A stretch of DNA of 64,000 bases from a virus, in IMG/VR virus record IMGVR_UViG_3300021376_000010; one strand, written 5' to 3'. Shown piece by piece: positions 1-9,310 of this stretch. The translations under genes and the position numbers were made by a program. Position 1 is the stretch's first letter; each line of letters begins with the position of its first letter. The notes beneath the pieces were generated by a model. That model was not told where the DNA came from. It was given only the letters and a program-made list of their open reading frames with translations, and did no database searches.

Positions 1-4
1 GTTA

Positions 5-364
5 TCAGAAGGAATACTTCACACCTGCTTTCACATTACTGGTCAGTTTATCACCAGTCAGGAAGTAGTATTCACCATAGACGCTAACACGCTCTGCAGC
101 AGCAACGGTAGCACCAACCTTACCAGACACCTTAGTCTTTGCACTACCACCATCGGGAGTGAGCAGAGCAGGACCAACTTGAGCATAACCACTAACGGTA
201 TCGCTCAGAGCAAAATCATAACCAACGTGTGCTTCGGTGGTCGTTCCAGTGTAGTTAGCGCCAGTAAGACCAGCATTAGCTTCTACATTTACATAAGGGC
301 CAGCGAACGCAGCGGTGGCAAGGAAAGGAGCAGCTGCGACAGCTGCGATTGCGGATTTAAACAT
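5..364 (-). CDS. small outer-membrane beta-barrel protein (signal peptide, C-terminal Phe)
   Basis: Ala-rich signal peptide (..ATAAFA/GP), alternating amphipathic beta strands, ends GVKYSF (BamA-type signature); SD AGAGG upstream. Confidence 0.7.
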   Translation of the reverse strand: MFKSAIAAVAAAPFLATAAFAGPYVNVEANAGLTGANYTGTTTEAHVGYDFALSDTVSGYAQVGPALLTPDGGSAKTKVSGKVGATVAAAERVSVYGEYYFLTGDKLTSNVKAGVKYSF

Positions 365-384
365 AAAATTGTACCTCTAAGTTT

Positions 385-470
385 CTCGCAGAGTAATACC
401 TGCGGATGGAAGGAGTTTCGACAAACTCCGTGTTCAGTGAGTCAACGAGTAATTGAGGTCTCATCACTAG
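385..470 (-). ncRNA. candidate structured 5' leader (three hairpins) of the OMP gene
   Basis: stems AGTGA/TCACT (436-468), GGAGTTT-GTCG-AAACTCC (412-429), CGCAG/CTGCG (387-404) between promoter and SD. Confidence 0.5.
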
Positions 471-474
471 AATG

Positions 475-509
475 TATTTATTTTAACACATTCTTTGGGA
501 TCACGTCAA
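475..509 (-). promoter_or_regulatory. sigma70-like promoter overlapping a T4 late-type promoter
   Basis: TTGACG-N18-TAAAAT plus AATAAATA (475-482). Confidence 0.55.
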
Positions 510-569
510 GTATGTGGAAAACCGAAAAGGTTTTAATCGGAGCATCATAATATGGTTTTTAAGGTTTTG

Positions 570-1373
570 TCAAGACTCTTGCTTGTTCTCCGTTATCCTT
601 CCAAGATATGGATCATAATTCATCAATTCTTCAATCTTCAAATTAGCACCATTTTGTTGCCAAAAATTTAATAAAGCATCATGACTTGAACGATGGAAAA
701 TATCAATATGTTCTGGATGAATTGAAGAACCCAATGCAATTCTATATAAAAAGATTGGCATTGAAAAAGTATTTCCAGAGTTGTAAATCAAATCATCTGC
801 AACTGCTCTTGGTTTTACACCATTATCCAACTTATATTTGTCTCCACGAATATGATGTTTAATGATTTTTTCTGCATGGTGACGTGTTATCATATAACAT
901 GCTGTAGAAAAATCATTAACAAACCTTTTATGCAATTGAACGTGTAAAGGACCTGTGCAAATAATTGCTAACTGAATTACATCCCAGTCATACGGGACAA
1001 GAGAGTAAAATTGACTCCAAGTAAAGTCCCAATTCTGAACAATTTGAAGGTCAACATCATCCTCCATAATTATTACATATGGAGAATCAGAATTCTCATA
1101 CCAATGTTTAATTGCTTTAAGGTGAGAAGTTGTACATCCAATTTCACCAGAGGTCATCATTTGTGGATATCTTCCAGAAATGATGTCACTCAGGTCATCT
1201 TCTCTACCATCATATGCAGAAATTCGAGTATAGTTCTCTATTTCCCAATATTTGAACTGGTCTTCCATGTATTCTTTTCTTTCTGGTTGACCATCAAGAT
1301 TAAGATAATAAATTGGACCAATATTCTTTAGTTTATAGGAAGACTTATTTTTTTCCATCAAATTACTTTCCAT
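570..1373 (-). CDS. glycosyltransferase family 25
   Basis: YYLNLD..ERK, RISAYDG, GEIGCTTSH, IMEDD motifs. Confidence 0.8.
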   Translation of the reverse strand: MESNLMEKNKSSYKLKNIGPIYYLNLDGQPERKEYMEDQFKYWEIENYTRISAYDGREDDLSDIISGRYPQMMTSGEIGCTTSHLKAIKHWYENSDSPYVIIMEDDVDLQIVQNWDFTWSQFYSLVPYDWDVIQLAIICTGPLHVQLHKRFVNDFSTACYMITRHHAEKIIKHHIRGDKYKLDNGVKPRAVADDLIYNSGNTFSMPIFLYRIALGSSIHPEHIDIFHRSSHDALLNFWQQNGANLKIEELMNYDPYLGRITENKQES

Positions 1374-2215
1374 TCTTCACAGTACAAATCTTTAGTGTCT
1401 TTATCCGCATAAGAAGGACCAAACCACATTTTTGGTGCAACTATTTTTCCAGTGCGACCTTGTAACCAAGCACCCCACCAAGATAGAGATGAGTTAGCAA
1501 TAATACCACCAGAGCAAAGGGACATCAAACACAAATCAACATATGGAGTATAAGAACCATCAGGGTACTTATCTTGTGGTTCAGATATAAAGAATCTATC
1601 TGGTTCAAAAATTTTCTGCTCTTTAACCCACTCAGGAGAATCAGAGAATACAACTACTGGTTGGTCTTCATCAAATTCTTTAAGTGCTTCTTCATAATAC
1701 TCAATTGGTTGCACTGGATGAGTATCCGCAAGATTCACATATGCCCATTTGAATCCACGAGCATCAACGAGATTTGGATCACCTCTCCTCACATGTAAAA
1801 ATATTGGAGTCTTTTCAAACTCAGAAATAAATTCTTTACATGGATTGAGGATTCCCTCCTCAAAAGTAAAGTCTTCACGGATTTCAGATTCAATATCTTT
1901 AAACCATTTTTCGGATTGAAAGAATCCAAACAAACTTACATCATCTGGACACAAATCATGAAGAATTGGATCGTAATGATAATCATTTTCTACAACAACT
2001 GGTGCATGACCATTATCTAAAAATTTTAAATTTCCACTGCTAATACTAGATAATTTAAAGCAAACATGCAAACTATAATTATCAATTCTTTTTGCACCAA
2101 AAGGAGGAATACAGAAATCATATCCCCTACGTCTTGCTATACCTTTTAATGCCGCATATTGGAACATTTGATTTCCAAGTCTGCCATTATTACCAAGTCC
2201 ATTAAATGCCAGCAT
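1358..2215 (-). CDS. GT11 alpha-1,2-fucosyltransferase-like
   Basis: GRLGNQMFQYA, GFFQSEKWF, HVRRGD, IIANSSLSWWGA. Confidence 0.88.
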   Translation of the reverse strand: MLAFNGLGNNGRLGNQMFQYAALKGIARRRGYDFCIPPFGAKRIDNYSLHVCFKLSSISSGNLKFLDNGHAPVVVENDYHYDPILHDLCPDDVSLFGFFQSEKWFKDIESEIREDFTFEEGILNPCKEFISEFEKTPIFLHVRRGDPNLVDARGFKWAYVNLADTHPVQPIEYYEEALKEFDEDQPVVVFSDSPEWVKEQKIFEPDRFFISEPQDKYPDGSYTPYVDLCLMSLCSGGIIANSSLSWWGAWLQGRTGKIVAPKMWFGPSYADKDTKDLYCEEWKVI

Positions 2216-3020
2216 TTAGTTTCTCTCCTCTACTAATTAAGTATTCTTGATTTTCATAGTACTTTACTACAGTGTCTCTATCTTGATTTCGGAACCACTG
2301 CCACAGATTATGGTTGTCCATAAACTTTGGATTATTATAGTGAGAATTAAATGTCCTTCCATGCTCAAGGTGATATACTACATCATTAATTCTTCCTACT
2401 CTATAGTTAAGAATATTCAATCTATAATGAAATTCGCAATCTTCTGCTCCCCATGAGATGAAATTTTCATTCCACATTCCAACATTTATCTCAACTTGAC
2501 GTTTGATCATTTGTCCCCACCCAATAGTTGCAGAGGCAAGTCTAGAATTTGAATTTAGAATACTATAATCAAACTTAGAATTCAAAAAAGATTCATATGT
2601 TTCCATCGGATAATCAACTGCTCGTTGATAGATTCCACATCCAAATGGATAAACTACGTCGCATTGGTCTTCAATCAAAGCAGAATATGCTAAATGATAT
2701 GATTGTATTGGAAGAATCATATCTACGTCATGATTAAATACAATTTCAGATTTAGACTCCAATAACAAATCGTTCAAAATTCTTGTTTTATGGAATGCCG
2801 ATTCATTACTTTCTTCGTAGATATGAATAAGATTGGAAACATCTACATACTTTTTAATCTCTGGGATTGCTCTAAATTTAAAATTGGAACGAGAATCGAC
2901 TTCTTTAACTATGACATTAGATTCAGGAAAGTTATGAAGAAGAAAGGAAACTGTGGTGATTATGTTTTTTAATCTATCCTCACTTTCAATACGACACGGC
3001 ATTAAAAAATCTAATTTCAT
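2202..3020 (-). CDS. GT-A glycosyltransferase (GT2/GT7 C-terminal type); start reassigned to ATG 3020
   Basis: DVD motif, GMWNENFISWGAEDCEF, YHLEH. Confidence 0.75.
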   Translation of the reverse strand: MKLDFLMPCRIESEDRLKNIITTVSFLLHNFPESNVIVKEVDSRSNFKFRAIPEIKKYVDVSNLIHIYEESNESAFHKTRILNDLLLESKSEIVFNHDVDMILPIQSYHLAYSALIEDQCDVVYPFGCGIYQRAVDYPMETYESFLNSKFDYSILNSNSRLASATIGWGQMIKRQVEINVGMWNENFISWGAEDCEFHYRLNILNYRVGRINDVVYHLEHGRTFNSHYNNPKFMDNHNLWQWFRNQDRDTVVKYYENQEYLISRGEKLNAGI

Positions 3021-3021
3021 A

Positions 3022-3915
3022 TCAAACCTCTGCTTCGATTTCTTTAGGGTCATTAAATTTTTCAATCCAACCTTCTGGAATCAAATCAGTCATAATGTAA
3101 TCCTTATATGCAGGACCAAACCAAGGAGTTGGTGCAACAACTTTTTTATTTGGGTTATTAATAAGATATGCACCCCACCAAGATAAAGATGAGTTAGCAA
3201 TAATTGCATCACTACAAAGTGTCATCAAACAAAGGTCGATGTATGGAACTGATGCACCATCAGGAAATAGTTCAAGAGAATTATCAGAGAAAAGAAATCT
3301 ATCTCCCTTAAAGAATTCTTGACGTTTGCACCATTCAATAACATCAGAAAACACTAGCACTTGATAACCATTATCAAATTCCTTAAGTGCTTCTTCATAA
3401 TATTCAAATTTACAAAGAGGATGGTATTGTTGAAGCATTTGATATGACCAACGTTCACCTCTGATTCCCTGAAGATTTGGATTTCCTCTTCGGACATGCA
3501 AAAATACAAGTTTTTTATTTCCAATACTTTCAATATATTCTTTACAGGGATCTAACCATTCATCTTTGAACGTAAAATCCTGACGGATTTCATGTTCAAT
3601 ATGCTTGAAATACTTTTCAGATTGAAAATACCCATCCAGATCAATGTTATCGGGGCATTGATTAAAAAGATTTTCATTAAAATGAAATTCTCTCCAGGAA
3701 ATTGTCTGCTTTGGTTGCTCTCCTTGATTTTTTTCCTCGCAGTTAATCAACTTAAAGGCATCAAAAAGACCATAGTTATCACACCTATCAGCATCAGCAG
3801 GAGGAACCATCCATTGATATCCTCTATGTGCAGCAATACCCCTGATAGCAGCATATTGGAACATTTGATTTCCAAGTCTTCCAGCATTGCCAAGTCCATT
3901 AAATGAAATTGCCAT
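3022..3915 (-). CDS. GT11 alpha-1,2-fucosyltransferase-like (paralog of 1358-2215)
   Basis: GRLGNQMFQYA, GYFQSEKYF, HVRRGN, IIANSSLSWWGA. Confidence 0.88.
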   Translation of the reverse strand: MAISFNGLGNAGRLGNQMFQYAAIRGIAAHRGYQWMVPPADADRCDNYGLFDAFKLINCEEKNQGEQPKQTISWREFHFNENLFNQCPDNIDLDGYFQSEKYFKHIEHEIRQDFTFKDEWLDPCKEYIESIGNKKLVFLHVRRGNPNLQGIRGERWSYQMLQQYHPLCKFEYYEEALKEFDNGYQVLVFSDVIEWCKRQEFFKGDRFLFSDNSLELFPDGASVPYIDLCLMTLCSDAIIANSSLSWWGAYLINNPNKKVVAPTPWFGPAYKDYIMTDLIPEGWIEKFNDPKEIEAEV

Positions 3916-3922
3916 GTTTCTC

Positions 3923-4573
3923 CTATTTTTTCTTTACAAATAAAACATCACCCCAGTCAGAAGTATGCTCAAAAGTTTCTACTGGTTCAAATCCAAATGA
4001 ATTCAAATATTCTTTTAACTCATCAAACATAACATTATCAACATAGTCTGGATTATTCCATGTTGCCTCTGTTGTGACATATAAAACATTTTCCAATACT
4101 TTAGAGGCACCCTTAAGAACCATCAGTTCTGCACCTTGAGTGTCCATATCAAGAAGTTGGAAATCACCAAAATTGAATTCATTTTCAGTTAATAAGGTAT
4201 CAAGTTTAACTGTATCAACTTTGATTGTCTTTTTATGCCAAGATTCAAATCTCCCTTTTGGTTTTAATAAAGAAGAACAACCTTTATTGCCCTTCATAAA
4301 ACCAGCATCTGGACCATAGCAAACATGAAAATCAACATCTTTAGAGTCAACATCACTAGCAGCAACACAAAATCCATGAGATTCTATGAAACTATCTGCC
4401 CGTTCTAAAGCAATTTGAAGTTCATCAAATACATCTGGATTTGGTTCAATCCAGATAATTTGTTTTGCATCAAGTTTTTCATAATCAAAAATTTCTTCAC
4501 CTCGATGAGCACCCACATGAATTACCCCATCGACTTTAATATTATTCTCTGAAAAATATTTGTATTGACTCAT
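3923..4573 (-). CDS. FkbM-family methyltransferase
   Basis: IHVGAHRGEE, WIEPNP, MDTQGAELMVLKG. Confidence 0.85.
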   Translation of the reverse strand: MSQYKYFSENNIKVDGVIHVGAHRGEEIFDYEKLDAKQIIWIEPNPDVFDELQIALERADSFIESHGFCVAASDVDSKDVDFHVCYGPDAGFMKGNKGCSSLLKPKGRFESWHKKTIKVDTVKLDTLLTENEFNFGDFQLLDMDTQGAELMVLKGASKVLENVLYVTTEATWNNPDYVDNVMFDELKEYLNSFGFEPVETFEHTSDWGDVLFVKKK

Positions 4574-5370
4574 TTAAAATAATTAGTATAGATAAAATCT
4601 TCCGCAATTGGAAGAGTTAAAGAACGTTCAAAATTATCTTTAATCGCATCTATTCTAGAATGATAAAGTTCTTCTGTCAATGTAGAAACATCAAAGTTAT
4701 CATCTAGAAATATAATACCATCCTTATTGAAATACTCTGTAACTCCTTTACAACCATAGAAGACTGGGATTGTTCCTGTTGCGAAACAGTCTGTTAGTTT
4801 TTCTGTAAAGTATGTATCATAGACGGCATTTTCTATAGCAATAGAAAACATATAATCTCTCAGTCCATCTTCCTTACAAGAAATATCTTTAAATCCTCTT
4901 CCATATAAATCAACTTGGTCTTTGAATTTACTCACAAACTCAAGTCTTTTGCGATGCCCAGGAACCATAGACTTGTTAGATGAAATCATTGAAACAAGTT
5001 TGGTTTTTTCAAAAATCTTTCTATCTTCTACCCAAGGAGCAGCATTAGACAATGAATAGATAATTTTTGGATATTTCTCACAAAGTTCTTTATCACAACT
5101 AAAGATACCATCTACTCTAGATACTGCAAATTCGTAATTTTTAATTATCCAATCATATATTGGTTTGATAATTTGCTCTGATTCTAGTAACCAAATATAA
5201 GTTGGTTTAGTTTGAATTGAAGAAAATGCTTCAAGAGAACGTTGGTTAACATAGAAATTTACTTCCCCAGAACCATCATAAACCCATTCAGTAAACTTAG
5301 AAGTATTTTTGTCTGAGGTAGAAGGAAGAAGAGAATCGTTACAATAAAGATTAATTTTGAACTTGCTCAT
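4570..5370 (-). CDS. GT10 (alpha-1,3-fucosyltransferase-like) glycosyltransferase
   Basis: YMFSIAIEN..YFTEKLTDCFATGTIPVFYG motif. Confidence 0.8.
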   Translation of the reverse strand: MSKFKINLYCNDSLLPSTSDKNTSKFTEWVYDGSGEVNFYVNQRSLEAFSSIQTKPTYIWLLESEQIIKPIYDWIIKNYEFAVSRVDGIFSCDKELCEKYPKIIYSLSNAAPWVEDRKIFEKTKLVSMISSNKSMVPGHRKRLEFVSKFKDQVDLYGRGFKDISCKEDGLRDYMFSIAIENAVYDTYFTEKLTDCFATGTIPVFYGCKGVTEYFNKDGIIFLDDNFDVSTLTEELYHSRIDAIKDNFERSLTLPIAEDFIYTNYFK

Positions 5371-6205
5371 TCTTCATTGCCTCGAATACTTTAGCAATGC
5401 CTTGTTCAATAGTTGTCTTAGGCATCCACCACTTTGTCAGATAGGTATCTGGTTTATTCTTCTTATCCATCTGGACACTATCTTTCTGGTCTGATGGTTG
5501 AACCATAACATCCTTTCCAATTATATTAAATTGTCCATTAATTATCCCAGCAATATCAATAATTTTTGTCGGGTGGAAACTCGTGATGTGGAGATTATCT
5601 TCCGACGTAAAATCATGGAAATTATCCATAATCGTTTCAAGTGCTTCGCAGCAATCTTCGGCATAAAGAAACTCCCTTTCTTCTTGTCCATCAGTAAGCA
5701 TATCAATTACACCAGTCTCAAATCCTTTACGAATAAAGTCAGTGATTACGTGTGCTTTTTCATGGTCTCTCTCAATTCCATAAACATTCCAAAACTTAAC
5801 AATAAGTCCATTTAAAGATTTAGTATAAAGTTCTCCAACATTTTTAAGTACACCATATGGAGAATAACTCATATTGCTCATCTGTGATGACGCAAAGACA
5901 AATCTTTTATTATATTTTTTAAGATACCCAAAAGCATTTGCCATCAAACGAGCATTATTGTCTATGAATTGGAAGGTATGCTGATACTTTTTCAAGTAAC
6001 GAGAACCACCAACATCAAATGCAAGAAAGAATACGAAGTCTGCAGTCTCAATGGCATTTTCCAAATATTGATTTGGAATTACTGTCATGTCATGATTGGG
6101 ACTTTCTTCCTTATCAAAATCAATAACTGTGTGTCCTTTAGAACGAAGATACTCCGAAAGATAGGCACCAATCTGCCCACTAGAACCTAAATTTAGAATT
6201 TTCAT
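5351..6205 (-). CDS. NAD-dependent nucleotide-sugar epimerase/dehydratase
   Basis: GSSGQIG Rossmann motif, YGVLK (YxxxK), NVYG, REFLYAED. Confidence 0.85.
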   Translation of the reverse strand: MKILNLGSSGQIGAYLSEYLRSKGHTVIDFDKEESPNHDMTVIPNQYLENAIETADFVFFLAFDVGGSRYLKKYQHTFQFIDNNARLMANAFGYLKKYNKRFVFASSQMSNMSYSPYGVLKNVGELYTKSLNGLIVKFWNVYGIERDHEKAHVITDFIRKGFETGVIDMLTDGQEEREFLYAEDCCEALETIMDNFHDFTSEDNLHITSFHPTKIIDIAGIINGQFNIIGKDVMVQPSDQKDSVQMDKKNKPDTYLTKWWMPKTTIEQGIAKVFEAMKNEQVQN

Positions 6206-6207
6206 TA

Positions 6208-6873
6208 TTATGCCCTCAAATTTAAACCAAATGTTCCATCGTATTCCTTAAGTCTCCAATAACTATCCCATTCTGGATCTCCAGAAACTAAATTATCTTC
6301 GTTCACAATTTTCCCATTAAATGCACCCAAACTTGCATGAATAAATTCATAATTTTCAGAAAGAATATTTTTAAATCCACCGAATTGATTATCTAATCCT
6401 TCATACAAGAAAGTTCCATCAGCATGTGTTTCTAAGAAAAGTTCACCAATTTTCTTTTCATCAATAAATTTTTTCAATGTTTTAATTACATTCAAGTCAC
6501 TTCCCTGGCAGTCAGAATAGTATAAATCTATAAACTCAACGCCCTCTTTTTCAAGGAAATCACAGAGATTCATTGTTGTAACTGTAATCTCTTTAATTAC
6601 AGACGCATTATATCCATGGTATTCTTTAAACTCTTTTGAACCATCTCCAAGACTACTAGCAACTCGATTACCAGTAATGTAAAATTTTGCTTCACCCTCT
6701 TCAAGAGAACAAGCAGAATTAACAAGAGTCACATGACTCAATCCACCGAATCTATTCCTGAGTGCATTAAACATTTCAGGATCTGGTTCAAAGGCATAAA
6801 CTTTATCAAAAGAATGGACAAGCATACCTAAACTAAAACCTTGGTTTGCACCAACATAAACTAATGTGCTCAT
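6208..6873 (-). CDS. FkbM-family methyltransferase
   Basis: YVGANQG, AFEPDP, SDCQGSD. Confidence 0.8.
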   Translation of the reverse strand: MSTLVYVGANQGFSLGMLVHSFDKVYAFEPDPEMFNALRNRFGGLSHVTLVNSACSLEEGEAKFYITGNRVASSLGDGSKEFKEYHGYNASVIKEITVTTMNLCDFLEKEGVEFIDLYYSDCQGSDLNVIKTLKKFIDEKKIGELFLETHADGTFLYEGLDNQFGGFKNILSENYEFIHASLGAFNGKIVNEDNLVSGDPEWDSYWRLKEYDGTFGLNLRA

Positions 6874-7563
6874 TTAAACCTCGTCAACAATCCAAACAGT
6901 TTGAACATGTGGAAAACTGTTTCCACATTGATATAATTTAGTCATAGAGATTCCCCACTCGTCTAGAATCTCTTTATGTGCTCTCGATTCTCCATCTTTA
7001 AATTCTTCAAATCCAGGAGTTCCACCCCAATCATCATAACCAATCAAAGTTCCAGGGACAATAAGATTATTCTCCATCAAATAATTAAAAGCAAATTTTG
7101 TTGGAGAGTAAATATCCAAATCAAAATCGACATAAAATGCTGGTTTTAAATCTTTTTGTTTAGGAAGAGTTTCTTCAACAAGTCCAGCAACTACTGAAAC
7201 TGAAGTAGAATTTTCTCTTCCAACAAAAATATTCTGAACTTCCTGTTGAATATGCTTGGCACAATCTTCTGGTGTTTCCAAATTCATGTACTTTAGTACA
7301 TTAAATTCATCTGGAAAAATATCTGGATTCCAAGAATCTTGGAAAATAGGTTCTGCGGTTTCCTTTGGCATTCCAGTGAAAACATCAAATCCATGAAAAC
7401 TATCAACTTCTATTTGATGCTTATTGAGAATAGAAGCAATCTCTTTCATTGATCCTCCATTAAAAACACCGAATTGATAGACAGAATAATTTACCAACTC
7501 ATTTTTGCCGAAAGAATTGCAATCATTAATTGCAATATCTAATAGTGAAGTTCTCCAACTCAT
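6874..7563 (-). CDS. TylF/MycF-like sugar O-methyltransferase
   Basis: QFGVFNGGS, HGFDVFTGMP, GLVEETLP, DFDLDIYSPT, GYDDW. Confidence 0.75.
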   Translation of the reverse strand: MSWRTSLLDIAINDCNSFGKNELVNYSVYQFGVFNGGSMKEIASILNKHQIEVDSFHGFDVFTGMPKETAEPIFQDSWNPDIFPDEFNVLKYMNLETPEDCAKHIQQEVQNIFVGRENSTSVSVVAGLVEETLPKQKDLKPAFYVDFDLDIYSPTKFAFNYLMENNLIVPGTLIGYDDWGGTPGFEEFKDGESRAHKEILDEWGISMTKLYQCGNSFPHVQTVWIVDEV

Positions 7564-8615
7564 GAGTTTTTATTTGCAATTTGAATACTGATCCATTCAT
7601 AAGTCTTACGAATACCATCTTCTAGACTTTGGGAGTAGTCCCACCCAAGTTTTTCACGGATAAGGTCATTGTTTGAATTACGTCCACGAACCCCAAGAGG
7701 AGCATCAAGTTTGTGTTGCTTTTCTACAGTCTTTCCTGATACTTTAGCAGCAGTCTCTACAAGTTGGTTAATAGTAACCATTTCTTCAGATCCAATATTT
7801 ACTGGTCCAATAAAATCAGAATCCATCAATCTTCTAGTTGCTTCGATGCATTCATCAATATAGAGGAAAGATCTTGTTTGCTTTCCGTCTCCCCATACTT
7901 CGATAGTACCTCCCTCAGACGGAAGATAAGCCACTTTTCTACAAATCGCAGCAGGAGCTTTTTCTCTTCCCCCTTCCCATGTACCTTCTGGTCCAAAAAT
8001 GTTATGATATCTAGCAATACGTACAGGGATGCTGTGGTTGCGATTGTAAGCCAAATATAGACGTTCACTAAAAAGTTTTTCCCAACCGTATTCAGAGTCT
8101 GGGTTGGCAGGATAAGCAGAAGACTCCCTACAATCAGGATTATCGGGATCAAGTTGGTTATGCTCAGGATACATGCAAGCAGAACCAGAATAGAAAATTT
8201 TAGTGTTATTTTTGCCGAGTCTTTCATTGAATTTATATTGCTCTTCAAGAACATTCAAATTGATACTAACTGAATTGTGCATGATATCTGCATCATTTTC
8301 TCCAGTGAAAACAAATCCTGCACCACCCATATCAGCAGCAAACTGATAAATTTCATCAAATGCATGAATATAACGATAGGGAACAGAGTTATAGAAATTT
8401 CCTCTATCACCTTTATATTCCAGGACCCTACGAACAAAGTCTACATCTCGTAGATCTCCACGAACAAATTCGTTAGCTTCATGTGCAGAAAACTCTGGAT
8501 ACTTAAGGTCTACACCACGAACCCAGTATCCTTCAGAACGCAACCTTTTAACCATGTGACTTCCAATGAACCCACCAGCACCAAGAACAAGTGCCTTTTT
8601 AATGTATTGACCCAT
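7560..8615 (-). CDS. GDP-mannose 3',5'-epimerase-like NAD-dependent epimerase (WcaG family)
   Basis: GAGGFIG, AADMGGAGF, SACMYPE, YGWEK, GGREKAPAA, GVRGRNSNN. Confidence 0.85.
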   Translation of the reverse strand: MGQYIKKALVLGAGGFIGSHMVKRLRSEGYWVRGVDLKYPEFSAHEANEFVRGDLRDVDFVRRVLEYKGDRGNFYNSVPYRYIHAFDEIYQFAADMGGAGFVFTGENDADIMHNSVSINLNVLEEQYKFNERLGKNNTKIFYSGSACMYPEHNQLDPDNPDCRESSAYPANPDSEYGWEKLFSERLYLAYNRNHSIPVRIARYHNIFGPEGTWEGGREKAPAAICRKVAYLPSEGGTIEVWGDGKQTRSFLYIDECIEATRRLMDSDFIGPVNIGSEEMVTINQLVETAAKVSGKTVEKQHKLDAPLGVRGRNSNNDLIREKLGWDYSQSLEDGIRKTYEWISIQIANKNS

Positions 8616-8650
8616 ACTTTAATCAAGAAAATAATAATTCTTTAGTATAT

Positions 8651-8679
8651 ATCATACTAAAAAAGAAGGAGTTTTGCAA
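8651..8679 (-). promoter_or_regulatory. sigma70-like promoter embedded in a terminator
   Basis: TTGCAA-N17-TATGAT. Confidence 0.45.
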
Positions 8680-8686
8680 CCCTTCT
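8659..8686 (-). terminator. intrinsic terminator
   Basis: GAAGG-GTT-GCAA-AAC-T-CCTTC followed by T6. Confidence 0.65.
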
Positions 8687-8689
8687 CCA

Positions 8690-8755
8690 AAATATTGATT
8701 TATTTTTTTAACTGGAAATATTAACCAGGCGGGAGTTATCCCATCCGCACCATTA
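8690..8755 (-). ncRNA. wcaG RNA motif (probably degenerate at its 3' end)
   Basis: TGGTGCGGATGGGATAACTCCCGCCTGG..TTCCAGTT resembles cyanophage wcaG RNA as recalled; lies directly upstream of a WcaG-family epimerase. Confidence 0.7.
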
Positions 8756-8792
8756 ACAATTTTGTCTTTCCGAGACAAAATTGTTAATGGTG
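8748..8792. repeat. perfect 20-bp inverted repeat with 5-nt loop
   Basis: CACCATTAACAATTTTGTCT-ttccg-AGACAAAATTGTTAATGGTG. Confidence 0.95.
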
Positions 8793-8965
8793 TCTGCTCT
8801 TTCAAGCACTTCATCCAAAGTAGGAAACTCTGGATAATCCATCTTAACTGTATTCTTAATATCCTCATTCCAACAACGAGCAGTATCATATTCAATACTG
8901 AATTTATCCTGTAGCATATTATAAGATTGCTTAAAAATTTCAAATCTTAATTCATAAGGTGTCAT
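8753..8965 (-). CDS. hypothetical protein, 70 aa (MTPYELRFEIFKQ...)
   Basis: AGGAG SD before ATG 8965; resembles a conserved T4-like small protein (YPEFPT..EV..A..IN.FV). Confidence 0.75.
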   Translation of the reverse strand: MTPYELRFEIFKQSYNMLQDKFSIEYDTARCWNEDIKNTVKMDYPEFPTLDEVLERADTINNFVSERQNC

Positions 8966-9022
8966 TGTTTTTCTCCTGTGTTTGTGTGTGTAATCAGTCG
9001 TTCGATTTCTCGGCTCCACCAC

Positions 9023-9256
9023 CTAGTTTGTACTAACTAGGAAAAGTTGGGTTAGTTTTGTAAATTCTATGATTCCATAGAAAGTACAAAGAAGTAAAAC
9101 ATCCCAGAGTTTTAACTTAATTGCAAAGGGAATTGTAAAAATACCCCCAATGCATTTTATCAGTAAACCATATTTAAAGTCTCCCCACAATAACACAAAG
9201 TATCCAATAATTAACAAAAAATTTCCGATGTATCTGAGAAGACTTATTTGAGACAT
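9023..9256 (-). CDS. small multi-pass membrane protein, 77 aa
   Basis: ORF track; about 3 hydrophobic segments. Confidence 0.65.
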   Translation of the reverse strand: MSQISLLRYIGNFLLIIGYFVLLWGDFKYGLLIKCIGGIFTIPFAIKLKLWDVLLLCTFYGIIEFTKLTQLFLVSTN

Positions 9257-9261
9257 GGTTT

Positions 9262-9310
9262 ACATTTCAAGGGAACTCCGACCAGTGCTGTTTAAGTCCA
9301 TCCGTGACTA
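9262..9310 (-). ncRNA. 5' part of a manA-like RNA motif
   Basis: AGTCACGGATGGACTTAAACAGCACTGGTCGGA resembles the start of cyanophage manA RNA as recalled; stem AGTC/GACT. Confidence 0.55.

Noticed and set aside
8623-8943. 106-aa minus-strand ORF
   Set aside because: Out-of-frame overlap with the SD-supported 70-aa gene; runs through the wcaG RNA and terminator
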